Both the position numbers and the translations under genes were made by a program. The notes beneath the pieces were generated by a model that saw only the letters and a list, made by a program, of their open reading frames with translations, did no database searches and was not told the DNA's origin. A stretch of DNA of 64,000 nt from Zygnema circumcarinatum SAG 698-1b (taxonomy: Eukaryota > Plantae > Zygnematophyceae): the NCBI GenBank assembly GCA_037447605.1, contig CM074808.1, positions 1,302,001-1,366,000 of the forward strand, written 5' to 3'. Below are positions 63,473 through 64,000 of this stretch, piece by piece (position 1 is the stretch's first letter; the number at the start of each line of letters is the position of its first letter).

Positions 63473-63685
63473 CCGTACGGCACTGCTGTCGTATTTGACC
63501 GTACATATTGTCGTTTGATGTACGGTCCGGTCCCCTCCGACACGCGGCGCGAACTTTCTCGCGTGCGCGGCGGCAGCGAGCTTTGAAGGGCCGTACTGGC
63601 CGTACTATACCATATATTACCGTACGACGGCCACGTGACGCGCCATCTGGTCCGTACACGAGGTGAGGGGGGCGCCACCGTACGG
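63473..63685. promoter_or_regulatory. Dense CCGTAC/GTACGG cluster (8 sites)
   Basis: Sites at 63473 (palindromic), 63499, 63520, 63591, 63600, 63620, 63652 and 63678 (palindromic). Confidence 0.6.
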
Positions 63686-63732
63686 CGCTGGCTGGCGCCT
63701 TGCTTTGGTGCGAGAGGGGCCGGATGGGGAGC

Positions 63733-63907
63733 GGGAGAGAGGAAGAGGGAGAGGGAGAGGGAGAGGGAGAGGGAGAGGGAGAGGGAGAGGGAGAGGGAGG
63801 GCGAGGGTGAGGGAGAGGGCGAGAGGGAGGGTGAGGGAGAGTGGGAGGGGGAGAGGGGGAGGGAGAGAGGGAGGGGGAGAAGGGGAGAGGGAGGGGAAGA
63901 GGGAGGG
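63733..63907 (+). repeat. Long (GAGGGA)n purine tract, probably the leader of a gene continuing beyond the window
   Basis: Direct reading; followed by a possible donor CCGCAG|GTGAGC at about 63961. Confidence 0.85.
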
Positions 63908-64000
63908 ACGAGGCTGCGATTCTTTGACGGCCACATGCGCTCCTGCAGCGACCCCCCGCAGGTGAGCGGAGCGAGGGCGAGAAAGGGGTAGAGGATGATT

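Overview
Gene-dense, intron-rich eukaryotic nuclear DNA. Gene content (plastid-type SUFE1, AAE15/16 and pyrB; JMJ21-like; ILK-type kinase; plus a true Kir channel) points to a streptophyte green alga, but the taxon is inference only. I reconstructed 11 protein genes by eye from splice sites and motifs: GPN2/QQT1, SUFE1-BolA, an intronless PLOD/LH3-type glycosyltransferase, an inward-rectifier K+ (Kir) channel, an F-box/JmjC/kinase-like protein, a DEDDy+Mut7-C exonuclease, an AAE15/16 acyl-activating enzyme, pyrB, an ankyrin-repeat Raf-like kinase, a TBC RabGAP and a RING-HC ligase. There is also one orphan 400-aa ORF. The features the ORF track misses are the most notable: (1) at the left edge, a spliced transcript with no convincing ORF carries two intronic box C/D snoRNAs with recognisable rRNA guides; (2) GPN2 has two minor-spliceosome (U12) introns, one AT-AC, plus a GC-AG intron; (3) intergenic regions reuse the same motifs (sense-strand GA tracts, G-boxes, CCGTAC clusters, MSA-like inverted pairs). 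No tRNA, rRNA, CRISPR array or intact transposon was recognised. All homology calls are from remembered motifs, not database searches, and exon boundaries are hand-derived.
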